The notes beneath the pieces were generated by a model. That model was not told the DNA's origin. It saw nothing but the letters and a program-made list of their open reading frames with translations, and did no database searches. 64,000 bases of DNA from Azolla caroliniana (lineage: Eukaryota > Plantae > Polypodiophyta): NCBI GenBank assembly GCA_043228905.1, contig JBHGNT010000112.1, positions 1-64,000 of the forward strand, written 5' to 3'. Shown here piece by piece: positions 31,351-43,555 of the stretch; within the stretch, counting starts at the first letter, position 1; every line of letters starts with the position of its first letter. A program made the position numbers and the translations under genes.

Positions 31351-34300
31351 TTCTCTGTTTGATTCATTTGTAAGTCCATATAGTTTGGAGTCCTGAACGA
31401 TTCAAAGCGAAACGAAATCCTTTTCCTAAACACAAGACCTTAAGTCGAATAGACAAAGGACCAAATATTCGACACCATGTTATCCAAGTCAATAACAGTG
31501 ACATGAATTGATGAAGCTTGTCGGCTCCTAGTGCTTTGGTGAAGATGTCGGTTGTCTGAAAATTCATGTTGATGTGTTGAAGGTTGACATCTCCAACCTG
31601 AACGTGCTCTCAAATGAAGTGATAGTGCACTTTGATATGCTCTGTGCGTGCATGGAACACTAGGTTCCGAGCCAGATAAATACTGGTCATGTTGTCGCAT
31701 TAAAGGGGAGTCGGATCCTTGATGGGAATGTCGAGATTCTTGACGATTCTCTTCAGCCAAATGGCTTCACATGTAGCCATAGCTATGCCCTTCATGTCGA
31801 CTAGATGCTCACCTCCAATGACCAAATCATCCATGTATAGGATGATGAAAATCGAACTTCTAGAATCGCTTTTTATGTAGAGGGAGTTGTCAGATTTTGA
31901 CATTCTAAAGTTGATTTGATGAAGGTATTGTGTTTTCTTCGAAAGCCAAGCACACAGTGCTTGCTTAAGGCCATATAGAGGTTTCTTTAGTCGGCAGACT
32001 ACTTTCGGATGGATGTTGGATTCGAAGTCAGGTGGTTGTACCGTGTACGCCTCTTCTAATTCTACTTGGAGAAAGGTGTTCTTTATGTCCATTTGATGGA
32101 GGTGCCACCCTTTCGCTATTGCAAGGGTCAATTCATTTTCGTAGGATTGATCGTCTTCATATTCCGACATTTTGGCCTTGCCTTTGTCCATCTTCGGACA
32201 TGGCCGAGATGTGCTCTAGTTGCTCGGGGGTTCTTGTGGCCCATTGAGCCTGGTCGTGATCGGACTTTTCTTCGAACATATGCCTCAGTTGATCTTTGTC
32301 TTCGATCTCTTGGTTGGCCAAGTCCGGGTCGACTAGGGTTGGAGTCTGAGTTGTCTCTAGTTTGTACCAAGATGTCGACTCCTCGAAAACAATGTGCCGA
32401 CTCACTCGAACTTTCCGAGTAGATGGGTTATAGCACGTGTACCCCATTCGAGTGAGTACCCTATGAGTATACATTTCTTCGACTTAGGATCCAGCTTCTG
32501 TCACTTCTCGTTGGGAATATGTACATATGCAATTGAGTCGAATATCCTGATGTGGGAGAAATCTGGCTTCTTTCCATAAAACTTCTCAAGGGGTGTTACG
32601 TCGTGCACCCCAAAGGTTGTACACATGTTCATGAGGTAGACGGTTGTGTTGGCGGCTTCAACCCAATACGACTTTGGTAGGTTCTTTTCGTTCATCATCG
32701 CCCTGGCTACCTGTAATATGTGTTGATTTTTGCGTTCGGCTACTCCATTTTGTTGACTCGGTGTATGTCGGCCGGAGAACTCTCGTCAAATTCCTTCCTT
32801 TCAGAGATAACCTATGAAATCATCTGAGAAGTACTCCTTACCCCCACCCGATCAAAACATCGGACATGCCGACTTGTGGCTTTCTCGACTTCATTCTTAA
32901 ATTTTTTGAAGTGTTAGAACACTTTACACATTTGCCGCATGGGGTAGATCCAGGTGTGCCTGGAGAAGTCTTCAATGAATTTCATGTAACATCGGCATTT
33001 GTTGAATGTTGTCGTTTGTGTTGGTCCCCATGCGTCTCAGTGCATCACATCTAGGAGGCCTTTGCTCATGTTTTCCTCGTTTGGAAATAGGTGTTGATGT
33101 TGTTTGCCAAATTGGCAAGCTTCACATACACCTTCAATCTCTTTGAAGGTCGGGAGCTCGATGACGACTCCTTTTGATTGCATCCCCTTCAGCTTTTGGT
33201 GGTTGATATGGCCGATTCTTTTGTGCCATAGCTCTATGTCCGTATCAGCTTTGGTGCCTTTTGCAAACATGGCTGATTTCATCTCGTACGAATCGAGAAT
33301 GAACATTCGGCCCTCTCTTTGTCCACAAGCGATGAGTCGGGCTTCCTTTTCGATGAAGCAACGAACTTAGTTGAAGCAGACTTGCATGCCTTGCTCTACA
33401 ATTTGGCTGACTAGGACCAAATTCTTCATGATGGTTGGTACATGCAAGACATTCTTAATGTATGTTTGGTTGCCCTCATTCTTGAATGGGACATTGCCGA
33501 TGTGCCATATCATATGAGTAGTGTCGTCTCTGATCTCGACACACCAATTCAGCTCTCATAAGTCTTGGAACCATTCTTGACGAGATGTCATGTGGTTCGA
33601 CACACCAGAGTCGACAAACCATACATCTTCTGGACCGGAGGCCCAACATAAAATTGGCTCTATGTCTCATCACAAACATTCCGCCATGGTAGTCATATTC
33701 GGAGTTGGTGGCATAATTGGTGAGTTGTCAGCTTGTGGAAGCCGACTCACACTTCTTCTTTTGACACTCTTCTTCATGGTGGCCGACTTTGCCGCAATAT
33801 CCATATTCGATTGACTTTTGTCAGCTTGAACCCGCATGAAAGCTCCCACTTCTTCGATTGATTCCATTTTCTTGCCGAAATTTGGAGTTGTTTGTTGGGC
33901 CTCATCCACCTCGTCCTTCGCCGAATCGGCCTCTTCGTGCTCGACCATGTCCTCTTCCTCCATCCGAGTGTGTGTAGAGCATGTGGCCTTTTGAGGCGCT
34001 ACTCCTTGTTCGAACGTGGTTTTCTTCAACCAACAACAGTGATTGAGGATCGAAGAAAGAGGGAGGATTCGGCCTTGCTAGGATAGTGGTTCTCATTGTA
34101 GCAAACTGTGGTGCGAGGCCACCTAGGCATTATGCACCATCTCATCATCCTCCACATTGACACTTATTGAACCGAGTTAGTCACAAAGCTCCTTGATCTT
34201 CAAGGTATAGCTTGTGATGGACATATCTTTTTGTTGAATGTTGTTCAACTCTTGGCGGGGTTGAAGCTTTCTTCTGGTTGTGGTGACCACGAAAATCTTC

Positions 34301-34635
34301 CTTAGATTATCCCATGCTGCCTTCGGCGTCTTACCTTCTCGAATGTAGCAAAGTATGTGGTCATGGACACATGTTACCAAGCAATACATCACTCGCCTTG
34401 TCGTTTGCTCCCATGTTGAGTAGTCGACATTCTTTGGGTTGGGTTTGTTTTCTTGTGTTCCTTGAATGTAGCCCCAATAGCCTTGTCCAACAAGGTATTG
34501 GTGCATCTTGTACTCCCAACATGGAAATTTGTTTCTGTCCAACTTCTCGCTAGGGAGAGAGCGCTCCCCATTTGAGTATTCATTAAGTCGATAAAAATTT
34601 CCTTCTTCTTCTTCCTTAGACACGAGCTATGTAGT

Positions 34636-37600
34636 TGTTACTCGTATGAATATACGACGAGGCATAAGGGTATGTGTAATGATGTGGTTGATGTGTATGT
34701 ATAATATTAATGAGTGTGTGAGGATGAGTATGTGTATGTGTATGAACACATGCACATTTGTGTGCATGTGTACAAAGGTGAGAAAGTGGGTAAGTAATGT
34801 AACTCCCTACTTGTCTCATTCTTTATCTGTAACGGTTACCTCTTGTACTATATAAACCCACCCATGGGGCATAATGTAACATAACTTTTTCCCTCTCATT
34901 TTGTGTTTGTCTCATTGTTTCTCTTTCCCTCACACGTAACCCCCTTGGGAGGGGGGTGTAGCTATTCTAGGCTTCACCCCCACCCATTAACACTTTTGGC
35001 ATGCCCAAACGGACGACCCTCCTTTGAGAGGAAGTCTATCCCTCACTCTCCCTCTTTGTGTGTTTGTACATCTGTCTATTGTGTGTTGAGAATTGTGTGT
35101 GCATGATGAGAGACAAAGAGTTCAAGTTTTTGCTCCATTGGCATATGTCTGGTTCTTGAAGAAAGAAGAAGTTATATCCATCGCTTTTTGTTCTCTATCT
35201 CTCTTTCTCTCTCTCCTGCCCCATCCTGCCACGTCACGTCCTCTTAGAGTTTTTAGGGTTTGAAGATCGCCATCGCTCCACCTCCGCAGAGCCCCCAGCC
35301 TCTCATACCTCGCACAGATGTTGTCACCGCTCCCGGATGCCCTCCCAATTGTGCCATTTCTTTTGACAACTTAGGCCTCATCAAGGTCGTAGAAAGCTCA
35401 GGAGAGAATGGACACCCTCAAGTCGTTGCAAGGTGGGATAAGCCACAGCCTCAGAAGAACATACAGAAACCCACTCTGTGCCGATCTCCCTGCCTCGTCT
35501 CGCAAGCTCTGTCATCGCCATGGCCTCTCTTGGCTCCCTCGTCGCGTCTAGGCTCTTGAAGCGCATTTCTTCTTCGTCTTCCTCCTCTTCTCCTGCACCT
35601 CTGCTGCACCGAATCTCTTCCAGAGGCTTCCATGGCGACCATCACGCAGCGGCCCCCTCCAGGAGCCTCTTTGGCATTGCTCGTGCCTCTAGCTCTAAGT
35701 CCACGGGAAGTGATATCATTGGTATCGATCTCGGAACTACTAGCTCTTGTGTCTCTGTCATGGAAGGAAAGACTGCTCGTGTTATTGAAAATTTCGGCAC
35801 ATCGGATGAGGACTGTCTGAGGAAGGCAAAAGCAGCAGAATCAGAACGTGAGTTTCTGAAGGCAGCGAGCCAGCTAGCTTTGCCAAATAGATGACCTGCC
35901 AGAGAGAAGGCTAACATAATGTACGTGAAGCATCGCCTATGGCCTTTTGGAGAGGATGGAGTATTTTACCTCAATCCTCTAGTAGAGCTATGATTACTCT
36001 ACAGATGTTGTGCTCACGGAACAATACCTTCCGTCTAACCACCCTGTCACTGTGTGCCTCTCATTAGAGGATGTTTCTATAGGGCATTATTCCCTCAGGG
36101 AAGAGCCTGTTGGACCTATGTTCTATGCAACCTTCAATCAACAATAGACTAATATACCCTATGAAATCTTCACGTATTCAGAAGGCATTTCCAGCAACCT
36201 CACCAGAGCTTTGCACTCTGCTTGTAACCGCACTAAGCTTATTTATAGTGCATACATAGGATCAGGGATTACTCTCGAGCAAAAAGGCTTTGTAATTATA
36301 CCACAATGACAAACAGAAACTAGTGGTTTCACAAATACTGCCATCACTTTTTAGTACCCATTGGGTGGTTCAAGCTCCAGATATCTATATCTCATGCCCA
36401 CTGGTGACATAGTCTCCGTCTTCCTCATTGATAATGGCCTCTCTCCTATGAAGATTAAGGACAACCGACAATTGGTGAATTTCTTCTCTATGAAACTAAA
36501 AGCGGGTACTATTTTAGGGCCCCATTGGAATCCGAGAGCCAAGAACGATGGATACTATTCGCATCGGGGCCACTTGGGCATAACCCCCGTCGGCCGCTAT
36601 CGCCGCTGTTGCAGCAATTGTTGCCACCACCGCTGTCGCAATCATCACCGTTCGGAATCGAAACGGAAGCAAATGGTTTGTAGCCCTATATTGATGTCCT
36701 TATGTGGTTCCTAGCAAAAAGAAGGTCAAGCAAGATATTGATGATGTCGAAGGAAGGGGAAAAGAAGGAAGGTTGATTCAAGTGGAAAGAGGGAAAACAA
36801 TCAAGAAGGGAGTAGCAGAAAGCCAGAGATTTTCCAGAATGAAGTAGAGAAGATTCAGAAAAGTGACGAAGAGGAAACAAGAAGAAGATAGAGGCTAGAC
36901 AGACACATAAAGAAAAAGATAGAAGAAGAAGAAAAAAAGAGGGGCAATTGACAAAATTTTAAAAAATGACAATGGCAGAGAAAACGGAATTTCAAAACCT
37001 CAAGGGCAGAGGAGAATTTCGAAAACTCAAGGGTAAATAATAATAACAAAAATTTCTAAAACCAAGGGGTAAAAATCATGAAATTTCAAAAACACAACTC
37101 ACATGATGAAAGAAAGAATACACAAACGCACAACATGATTTCACGACCTATGCCACATTGAACTAGCCAATTGGTATATGATCCAATCGCGACTTGTGTT
37201 GACTGAACGAGAAGGTTTGAGTCAAGCAAAGCTTCGATCGAAGTTATCGATCGTAGAGCAATGATCCGGTTGAGGGATTTTTGGTCGTTCAGACGATCGA
37301 TGGAGTTACGGTCGAGAAGAGTTATCATGGCGAGTGGGTTCACTGTGCAATGCACTGTCCCATAGACGTAAGAATATACGACGAGGCATAAGGGTATGTG
37401 TAATGAAGTGGTTAATGTGTATGTATAATATTAATGAGTGTGTGAGGATGAGTATGTGTATGTGTATGAACACATGCACATTTGTGTGCATGTGTACAAA
37501 GGTGAGAAAGTGGGTAAGTAATGTAACTCCCTACTAGTCTCATTCTTTATTTGTAACGGTTACCTCTTGTACTATATAAACCCACCCATGGGGCATAATG

Positions 37601-37715
37601 GAATAAGCTTTTTCCCTCTCATTTTGTGTTTGTCTCATTGTTTCTCTTTCCCTCACACGTAACCCCCTTGGGAGGGGGGTGGAGCTATTCTAGGCTTCAC
37701 CCCCACCCGTTAACA
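34636..37715 (+). mobile_element. Non-autonomous LTR element (no gag/pol seen) carrying a captured host gene fragment
   Basis: Near-identical ~350-bp direct repeats (34636-34992 and ~37368-37715) with TGTTA...TAACA ends. Flanks GTAGT / ATAGT form a 1-mismatch TSD. PBS-like TGGCATGCCC follows the first LTR. Confidence 0.8.
35520..35792 (+). pseudogene. Captured 5' fragment of a mitochondrial HSP70 (transit peptide plus start of ATPase domain)
   Basis: MASLGSLVASRLLKRISSSSS...RASSSKSTGSDIIGIDLGTTSSCVSVMEGKTARVIEN contains the Hsp70 signature IDLGTTxS; similarity ends abruptly after VIEN. Confidence 0.9.
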
Positions 37716-38087
37716 ATAGTGGCACTACGATAGCGGATAGCCGGATTTGTCGCCGACGTATCGAACACACAACACACGCGAATGGGCTAAATTAAGCTAC
37801 CAAATCGCTTTAATACCATATAAAGAATCGGGTGTGATTCTTTGCAGCGTAATAGAGATATGTGTTATGTGGGTGTGAAAGAGGAAAGAGGAGAGACACA
37901 AGATAGATACTCAAGATGTATATTAACAAGGAGAATAGTAAGTACAAAATGTAGCATTACAAGGGAGAATTGTTGGCATAAAAGGCCAACACCTTCCACC
38001 TTGTAACCATAGTGTGAACACGTCCTCTAGTTAGGGCATGAGTATATAAGCTCAACCCTAACATTGTAGCTATAATAATCTTGTATC

Positions 38088-38419
38088 TGTTGGGATTACG
38101 GTCCCTCCGGATGGGATGGTCGGATGTCCGGAGCCGGATGATGAAGACCCCGGCTACGGAGCCGGATCATGAAGACCCCGGCTACGGAGCCGGATGATGA
38201 AGACCCCGGCTACGGAGCCGGATGACGAATGTACCCGGAGAGAGATCCGGATGCGGGGACATATTTGTGAATATGTTTGCCAAGGGCCCTTGAGGCTATA
38301 TTTGTAAATAGCCCGAAAGTCATATGTGTATAAATATGACTTAGGGCAAACAGTCCCGTGGTTGTTGTTGTTGTTACTCTTTTTTCTGGTTTTCCACTCA
38401 AGGGGAGCTAAGTGAGCAG

Positions 38420-38470
<51 letters not shown>

Positions 38471-41400
38471 GAAGAGGTCGTTGCCTATGTGTATTACCGC
38501 CGCCTGTGGTGAAGACAGTGAGCTCAAGGTTGTTGCCTTGTAGCTTCACCATTGTACATCTCTGTTTATAGTGATAGTTGGAGTTTGAGGACTCCCGTGG
38601 TTTTTTCCCATTTAGGGTTTTCCACGTAAAACATCCTGTGTACTCTTCTCTCTATTGTCTTCTTCCATTTTTTGTATTTCCTGTTTTCTGTGAGTTGATC
38701 CTATTCCTCGGTGGTGGCCGAGCACTGTGTTCAACAAAGTGGTATCAGAGCGACGGTAACACAGAAAATGGAAGGCGGCGGTAGTGGGCCTCCGGGCATG
38801 ATGTTGTTGAACTCATAGAACTACACCGACTGGAAGATAAAGATGGAAGACCTTCTCATCGTCCGAGACCTGTATGAACCGATCGACAATGCCGAGATAC
38901 CCAAGGGGGTAATAGAGTCGGAGTGGAAGCTCCTGAACCGGAAAGCCGTAGCGACGATCCGGCAATATGTCGATGTAAGTGTTCTGCAACATGTGGCGAA
39001 CGATACGAACGCCTATGAGATGTGGCAGAAGCTGTCCGGACTGTATGAGAGGAAGAATGCTTTGACCCGGACCTCCCTGATGAGGAAGATAGTGAATCTT
39101 AAGTACCGGGACGGCGAGAGCATGGTCGAACACGTCAGCACGTTCATGGGATTCGTGAACCAGCTTGCGGCGATCAAGTTCCCGTTGGATGACGCAATGC
39201 AAGCCATCATGCTGATGTGTACCCTTCCGGAGAGCTGGGAGAACTTGGTAGTTACTCTCAGCACCTCTTGTAAGGAAGAGAACTTGTCTTTACTAACGGT
39301 AAAGACAAGTATTCTAAATGAAGAAGCGCGTCGGAGAGACAAAGAACCGGCCTCCGACTCGAAGGCGCTGCTTACCGAATCGGAACGGGGAAGACAACGG
39401 AACCGGAGTCCGCAAAGACGGGAGAAGTCGGGGACACGGTCGCAGTCGAGGGGAAGACCTACATGCTTCTACTGTGGGAAGCCGGGGCACTTCCAGAAGA
39501 ACTGTCGGCATTTCCGGAAAGACAACGGAACCGACGGTACCGATTCGAAGAAGTCACCGGAGCGAAACGGTGCATACCGAGGAACCACGGACCGGAGAGG
39601 TCCGGATCGGCGAGGGCAGGACCGGAAAGGAACGACGGCACTCGCGGCAAGTGAAGAAGAGATAATGCCCATTACCGAAGAAAGGGAGCTGAACCTTGCC
39701 GGTGAAGAGATGACCTGGGTGGTCGATTCCGGAGCGTCGTTCCACCTGACCCCGGAGAAGAAATACTTCTCATCCTACACAGCCGGTGAGCACGGCTGTG
39801 TCCGGATGGGAAATGAAGGTACATGCCGGATTGTCGGCATAGGAGACGTGTGGCTGATGACATCAACCGGATGCAAAATGTTGCTGAAGGATGTCCGACA
39901 CGTTCCGGAGGTTCGATTGAACCTGATTTGGGCCGGGAGACTAGACGATGAAGGCTACACAGGTAGCATCCGGAACGGCGTAATGAAGTTCAGCAAGGGG
40001 AGCCTGATAGTGGCTCGGGCCCGGAAAGTCAACACACTGTACCTTATGAATGCCTGGTTGTGTCCGGAGGAGTTGAACGTGGCAGCCGACACTGCCGGTG
40101 AGCTGTGGTACAAGAGACTGTGCCACATGAGTGAGAAGGGGATGAAGAGGCTTGCAGAAGACAACCTTATTCCAGTGAAGGATGTGCACCTGGAGAAGTG
40201 CACCGATTGCCTGGCCGGTAAGCAGAACCGAACCTCCTTCCACTCAAGGCCACCGACGAGACGTAGCGCGCCATTGGAGTTGGTGCACACTGACGTGTGT
40301 CAAGTAGAAACGAAGTCACATGGCGGAGCCCAGTACTTCGTGACATTCATTGATGACCACAGCCGGAAGCTGTGGACGGCACCGTTGAAGACAAAGGACC
40401 AAGTGTTGTGCGTTTTCAAAGAACTCCACGCGAGAGTGGAAAGGGAATCCGGCAAGAAGCTGAAAGCGATACGAGCGGATAACGGAGGGGAATACCGGGG
40501 GCAGTTCGAGGAGTACTGTCGCTCGAAGGGAATCCGGCTCGAGTTTACTGTGCTGAAGACGCCGGAACTGAACGGGCTGGCCGAGAGGATGAACCAGACC
40601 ATAATGGAGAGGGTCCGGAGTATGCTGGCGCATGCGAAATTACCCAAGGGGTTTTGGGCTGAGGCAATGTCGACGGCGACATACGTGATAAACAGATCAC
40701 CCTCAGTACCTTTGGACGGAGACACGCCGCAGAGAGTGTGGACCGGTAGGGAAGTATCCTACCGGCATCTGAAGGTGTTCGGGTGTCTCGCATATGTGCA
40801 TGTGGCAAAGGACCGGAGAGGAAAGCTAGATCCAAAGACCCGGCCATGCATATTCCTCGGTTACGGCGATGACGAGTTCGGCTACCGAGTATGGGACCCG
40901 GTCGACAAAAAGATATTCCGGAGTCGTGATATCATCTTCATGGAGGACAAGACACTCGCCGACTGGGAGTCGGAGAAGAAGATGAAGAGCTCCAAGTCGA
41001 CCGGTGAGGATCAACTCTATGAGGAGCAGTCCCGACCGGCAAGGGACCGGTTAGCACTCGAGGATCCGGCCGAAGACGGTGAAGAAACAGAACCGGCCGA
41101 GGAAGATGAAACTGATACCGGAACCGGCCCCGATCCTGAAATGGATTCGGATGAAGAGGAAACGGAGGAGCCGGTTACCGAAGCTCCGGAACGGAGATAT
41201 ACTCTAAGAGAGAGAAGGGCCCCCCGGAGATTTCCGGAACCTGAGCACGTGCTGCTAACCGACGAGGGGGAGCCGGAGAGTTTTGAAGAAGCAAAGCTCG
41301 ACACCCATAGCCGCAGGTGGTTAAGTGCCATGCAGGAGGAGATGGATTCCCTGCATGAGAACCACACATATGAACTTGTGGAGTTGCCGAAAGGAAAGCG

Positions 41401-43238
41401 GGCACTTCGAAACAAGTGGGTGTTCAAGCTGAAACCGGGAGATGCCGGCAACCCCCCGAGATACAAAGCCAGGATCGTGGTGAAGGGGTTTCAGCAGAAG
41501 AAGGGCGTCGACTTCGACGAGATATTTGCCCCGGTAGTGAAGATGACCTCCATCCGGACGGTGCTGAGCATAGCGGCAAGCATGGACCTCGAGGTAGAAC
41601 AGATGGACGTGAAGACGGCATTCCTTCACGGTGACCTCGAAGAAGAGATCTACATGCAGCAACCGGAAGGATTCGAGAAGAAAGGGAAGGAGCACCTGGT
41701 ATGCCGGTTGAAGAAGAGCCTTTACGGACTGAAGCAGGCTCCCCGGCAATGGTACCGGAAGTTCGACTCTTTCATGACCGACGAAGGGTACCACAAAACG
41801 CAGTCTGATCACTGCGTGTTTGTGAAGAAGTTCGAAGGAGGAGACTTTCTAATACTCCTCCTGTACGTGGACGACATGTTGATCGTCGGACGGGACCAGG
41901 TCAAGATACGGATGCTGAAGAAGGCTCTTCACCGAACCTTCTCAATGAAGGACTTGGGTCCGGCGAGGCAAATGTTAGGGATGCACATCATCCGGGACCG
42001 GAGGAAGAAGCAGTTGTGGCTGTCACAGGAGAAGTACGTGACAAAGGTGCTTCAACGGTTCAACATGTCGGAAGCAAGACCGGTCGGATCGACCCTCCCG
42101 GCAAACTGCAAGTTGTCCAGCAAGCAAAGCCCCAAGACAAAGGCTGAGAAGGAGGAAATGATGAAAGTACCATATGCCTCTGCCGTCGGAAGCTTGATGT
42201 ACGCAATGGTGTGTACAAGACCGGACATAGGATATGCAGTCGGAGTGGTGAGCCGGTACATGAGCAATCCCGGCAAAGAGCACTGGAACGCGGCCAAGTG
42301 GATACTCCGATACCTGAAGGGCACGACAAACGTGTGCCTCCGATTCGGCTCCGGTAAGCCCAAACTCGACGGCTTTACCGATTCGGATATGTCGGCTGAT
42401 GTAGATACCAACCGGTCCACATCAGGGTATGTGATGACGTATGCAGGGGGAGCTGTTTCGTGGCAATCGAGGCTGCAGAAGACGGTTGCGTTGTCAACCA
42501 CGGAGGCGGAGTACATGGCGGCTGTTGAAGCCGGCAAGGAAATAATATGGATGAAGGACTTCATTAGAGAGCTCGGTATCCGGCAGGAGGAGTACCGACT
42601 CTACTGCGACAGTCAGAGTGCCATCCACCTTGCGAAGAATGCGGCCTATCACTCCCGGACGAAGCACATCCAGCGAAGATATCACTGGATCCGAGAAAGG
42701 ATAGAAGACCAGGAGTTCGTGCTGACGAAGATCCACATGGACGAGAACGGGTCGGATATGCTGACCAAGGTACTCACACCCGACAAGCTGGAAGCATGCC
42801 GGAAGAGGGTCGGACTGGAAAGACATCCCATGCCGAAGTGAAGGGGGAGTTTGTTGGGATTACGGTCCCTCCGGATGGGATGGTCGGATGTCCGGAGCCG
42901 GATGATGAAGACCCCGGCTACGGAGACGGATGATGAAGACCCCGGCTACGGAGCCGGATGATGAAGACCCCGGCTACGGAGCCGGATGATGAAGACCCCG
43001 GCTACGGAGCCGGATGATGAAGACCCGGCTACGGAGCCGGATGACGAATGTACCCGGAGAGAGATCCGGATGCGGGGACATATTTGTGAATATGTTTGCC
43101 AAGGGCCCTTGAGGCTATATTTGTAAATAGCCCGAAAGTCATATGTGTATAAATATGACTTAGGGCAAACAGTCCTGTGGTTGTTGTTGTTGTTACTCTT
43201 TTTTCTAGTTTTCCACTCAAGGGGAGCTAAGTGAGCAG

Positions 43239-43289
<51 letters not shown>

Positions 43290-43555
43290 GAAGAGGTCGT
43301 TGCCTATGTGTATTACCGCCGCCTGTGGCGAAGACAGTGAGCTCAAGGTTCTTGCCTTGTAGCTTCACCATTGTACATCTCTGTTTATAGTGATAGTTGG
43401 AGTTTGAGGACTCCCGTGGTTTTTTCCCATTTAGGGTTTTCCACGTAAAACATCCTGTGTACTCTTCTCTCTATTGTCTTCTTCCATTTTTTGTATTTCC
43501 TGTTTTCTGTGAGTTGATCCTATTCCTCGGTGGTGGCCGAGCACTGTGTTCAACA
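38088..43555 (+). mobile_element. Young full-length Ty1/copia LTR retrotransposon
   Basis: LTRs 38088-38736 and 42852-43555 are nearly identical apart from 28-bp repeat number (3 vs 5). TSD GTATC (38083-38087 / 43556-43560); PBS TGGTATCAGAGC 38740-38751; PPT GAAGGGGGAG just before 42852. Confidence 0.98.
38843..42841 (+). CDS. Copia gag-pol polyprotein (gag, CCHC knuckle, protease, integrase, RT, RNase H), 1332 aa open
   Basis: CFYCGKPGHFQKNC, WVVDSGASFH, VHTDVC...RADNGGEY...NGLAERMN, YVDDML, FTDSD...STTEAEY...CDSQSA. The natural start is probably ATG 38768, with an in-frame TAG at 38816-38818. Confidence 0.95.
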   Translation: MEDLLIVRDLYEPIDNAEIPKGVIESEWKLLNRKAVATIRQYVDVSVLQHVANDTNAYEMWQKLSGLYERKNALTRTSLMRKIVNLKYRDGESMVEHVSTFMGFVNQLAAIKFPLDDAMQAIMLMCTLPESWENLVVTLSTSCKEENLSLLTVKTSILNEEARRRDKEPASDSKALLTESERGRQRNRSPQRREKSGTRSQSRGRPTCFYCGKPGHFQKNCRHFRKDNGTDGTDSKKSPERNGAYRGTTDRRGPDRRGQDRKGTTALAASEEEIMPITEERELNLAGEEMTWVVDSGASFHLTPEKKYFSSYTAGEHGCVRMGNEGTCRIVGIGDVWLMTSTGCKMLLKDVRHVPEVRLNLIWAGRLDDEGYTGSIRNGVMKFSKGSLIVARARKVNTLYLMNAWLCPEELNVAADTAGELWYKRLCHMSEKGMKRLAEDNLIPVKDVHLEKCTDCLAGKQNRTSFHSRPPTRRSAPLELVHTDVCQVETKSHGGAQYFVTFIDDHSRKLWTAPLKTKDQVLCVFKELHARVERESGKKLKAIRADNGGEYRGQFEEYCRSKGIRLEFTVLKTPELNGLAERMNQTIMERVRSMLAHAKLPKGFWAEAMSTATYVINRSPSVPLDGDTPQRVWTGREVSYRHLKVFGCLAYVHVAKDRRGKLDPKTRPCIFLGYGDDEFGYRVWDPVDKKIFRSRDIIFMEDKTLADWESEKKMKSSKSTGEDQLYEEQSRPARDRLALEDPAEDGEETEPAEEDETDTGTGPDPEMDSDEEETEEPVTEAPERRYTLRERRAPRRFPEPEHVLLTDEGEPESFEEAKLDTHSRRWLSAMQEEMDSLHENHTYELVELPKGKRALRNKWVFKLKPGDAGNPPRYKARIVVKGFQQKKGVDFDEIFAPVVKMTSIRTVLSIAASMDLEVEQMDVKTAFLHGDLEEEIYMQQPEGFEKKGKEHLVCRLKKSLYGLKQAPRQWYRKFDSFMTDEGYHKTQSDHCVFVKKFEGGDFLILLLYVDDMLIVGRDQVKIRMLKKALHRTFSMKDLGPARQMLGMHIIRDRRKKQLWLSQEKYVTKVLQRFNMSEARPVGSTLPANCKLSSKQSPKTKAEKEEMMKVPYASAVGSLMYAMVCTRPDIGYAVGVVSRYMSNPGKEHWNAAKWILRYLKGTTNVCLRFGSGKPKLDGFTDSDMSADVDTNRSTSGYVMTYAGGAVSWQSRLQKTVALSTTEAEYMAAVEAGKEIIWMKDFIRELGIRQEEYRLYCDSQSAIHLAKNAAYHSRTKHIQRRYHWIRERIEDQEFVLTKIHMDENGSDMLTKVLTPDKLEACRKRVGLERHPMPK

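Larger units (their letters stand above)
31480..37970 (-). mobile_element. Degenerate Ty1/copia (family of 1960-4286 and 55528-60793), with another LTR element inserted in its 5' UTR
   Basis: Gag SLPSEKLDR...WEYKMHQYLVGQGYW (34177-34623), LWHKRIGH, WHLHQMDIKNTFLQ, LYMDDLVI. PBS reverse complement GCTTTAATACCA ~37807-37818, then the LTR end TATAAAGAATC. Confidence 0.85.

Noticed and set aside
35478-35894. Functional HSP70 gene
   Set aside because: Only ~90 codons match, similarity stops after VIEN, and the fragment lies within an LTR element.
39013-42826. Numerous antisense and alternate-frame ORFs over Copia pol
   Set aside because: Shadow ORFs of a GC-rich coding strand with no recognisable domains.
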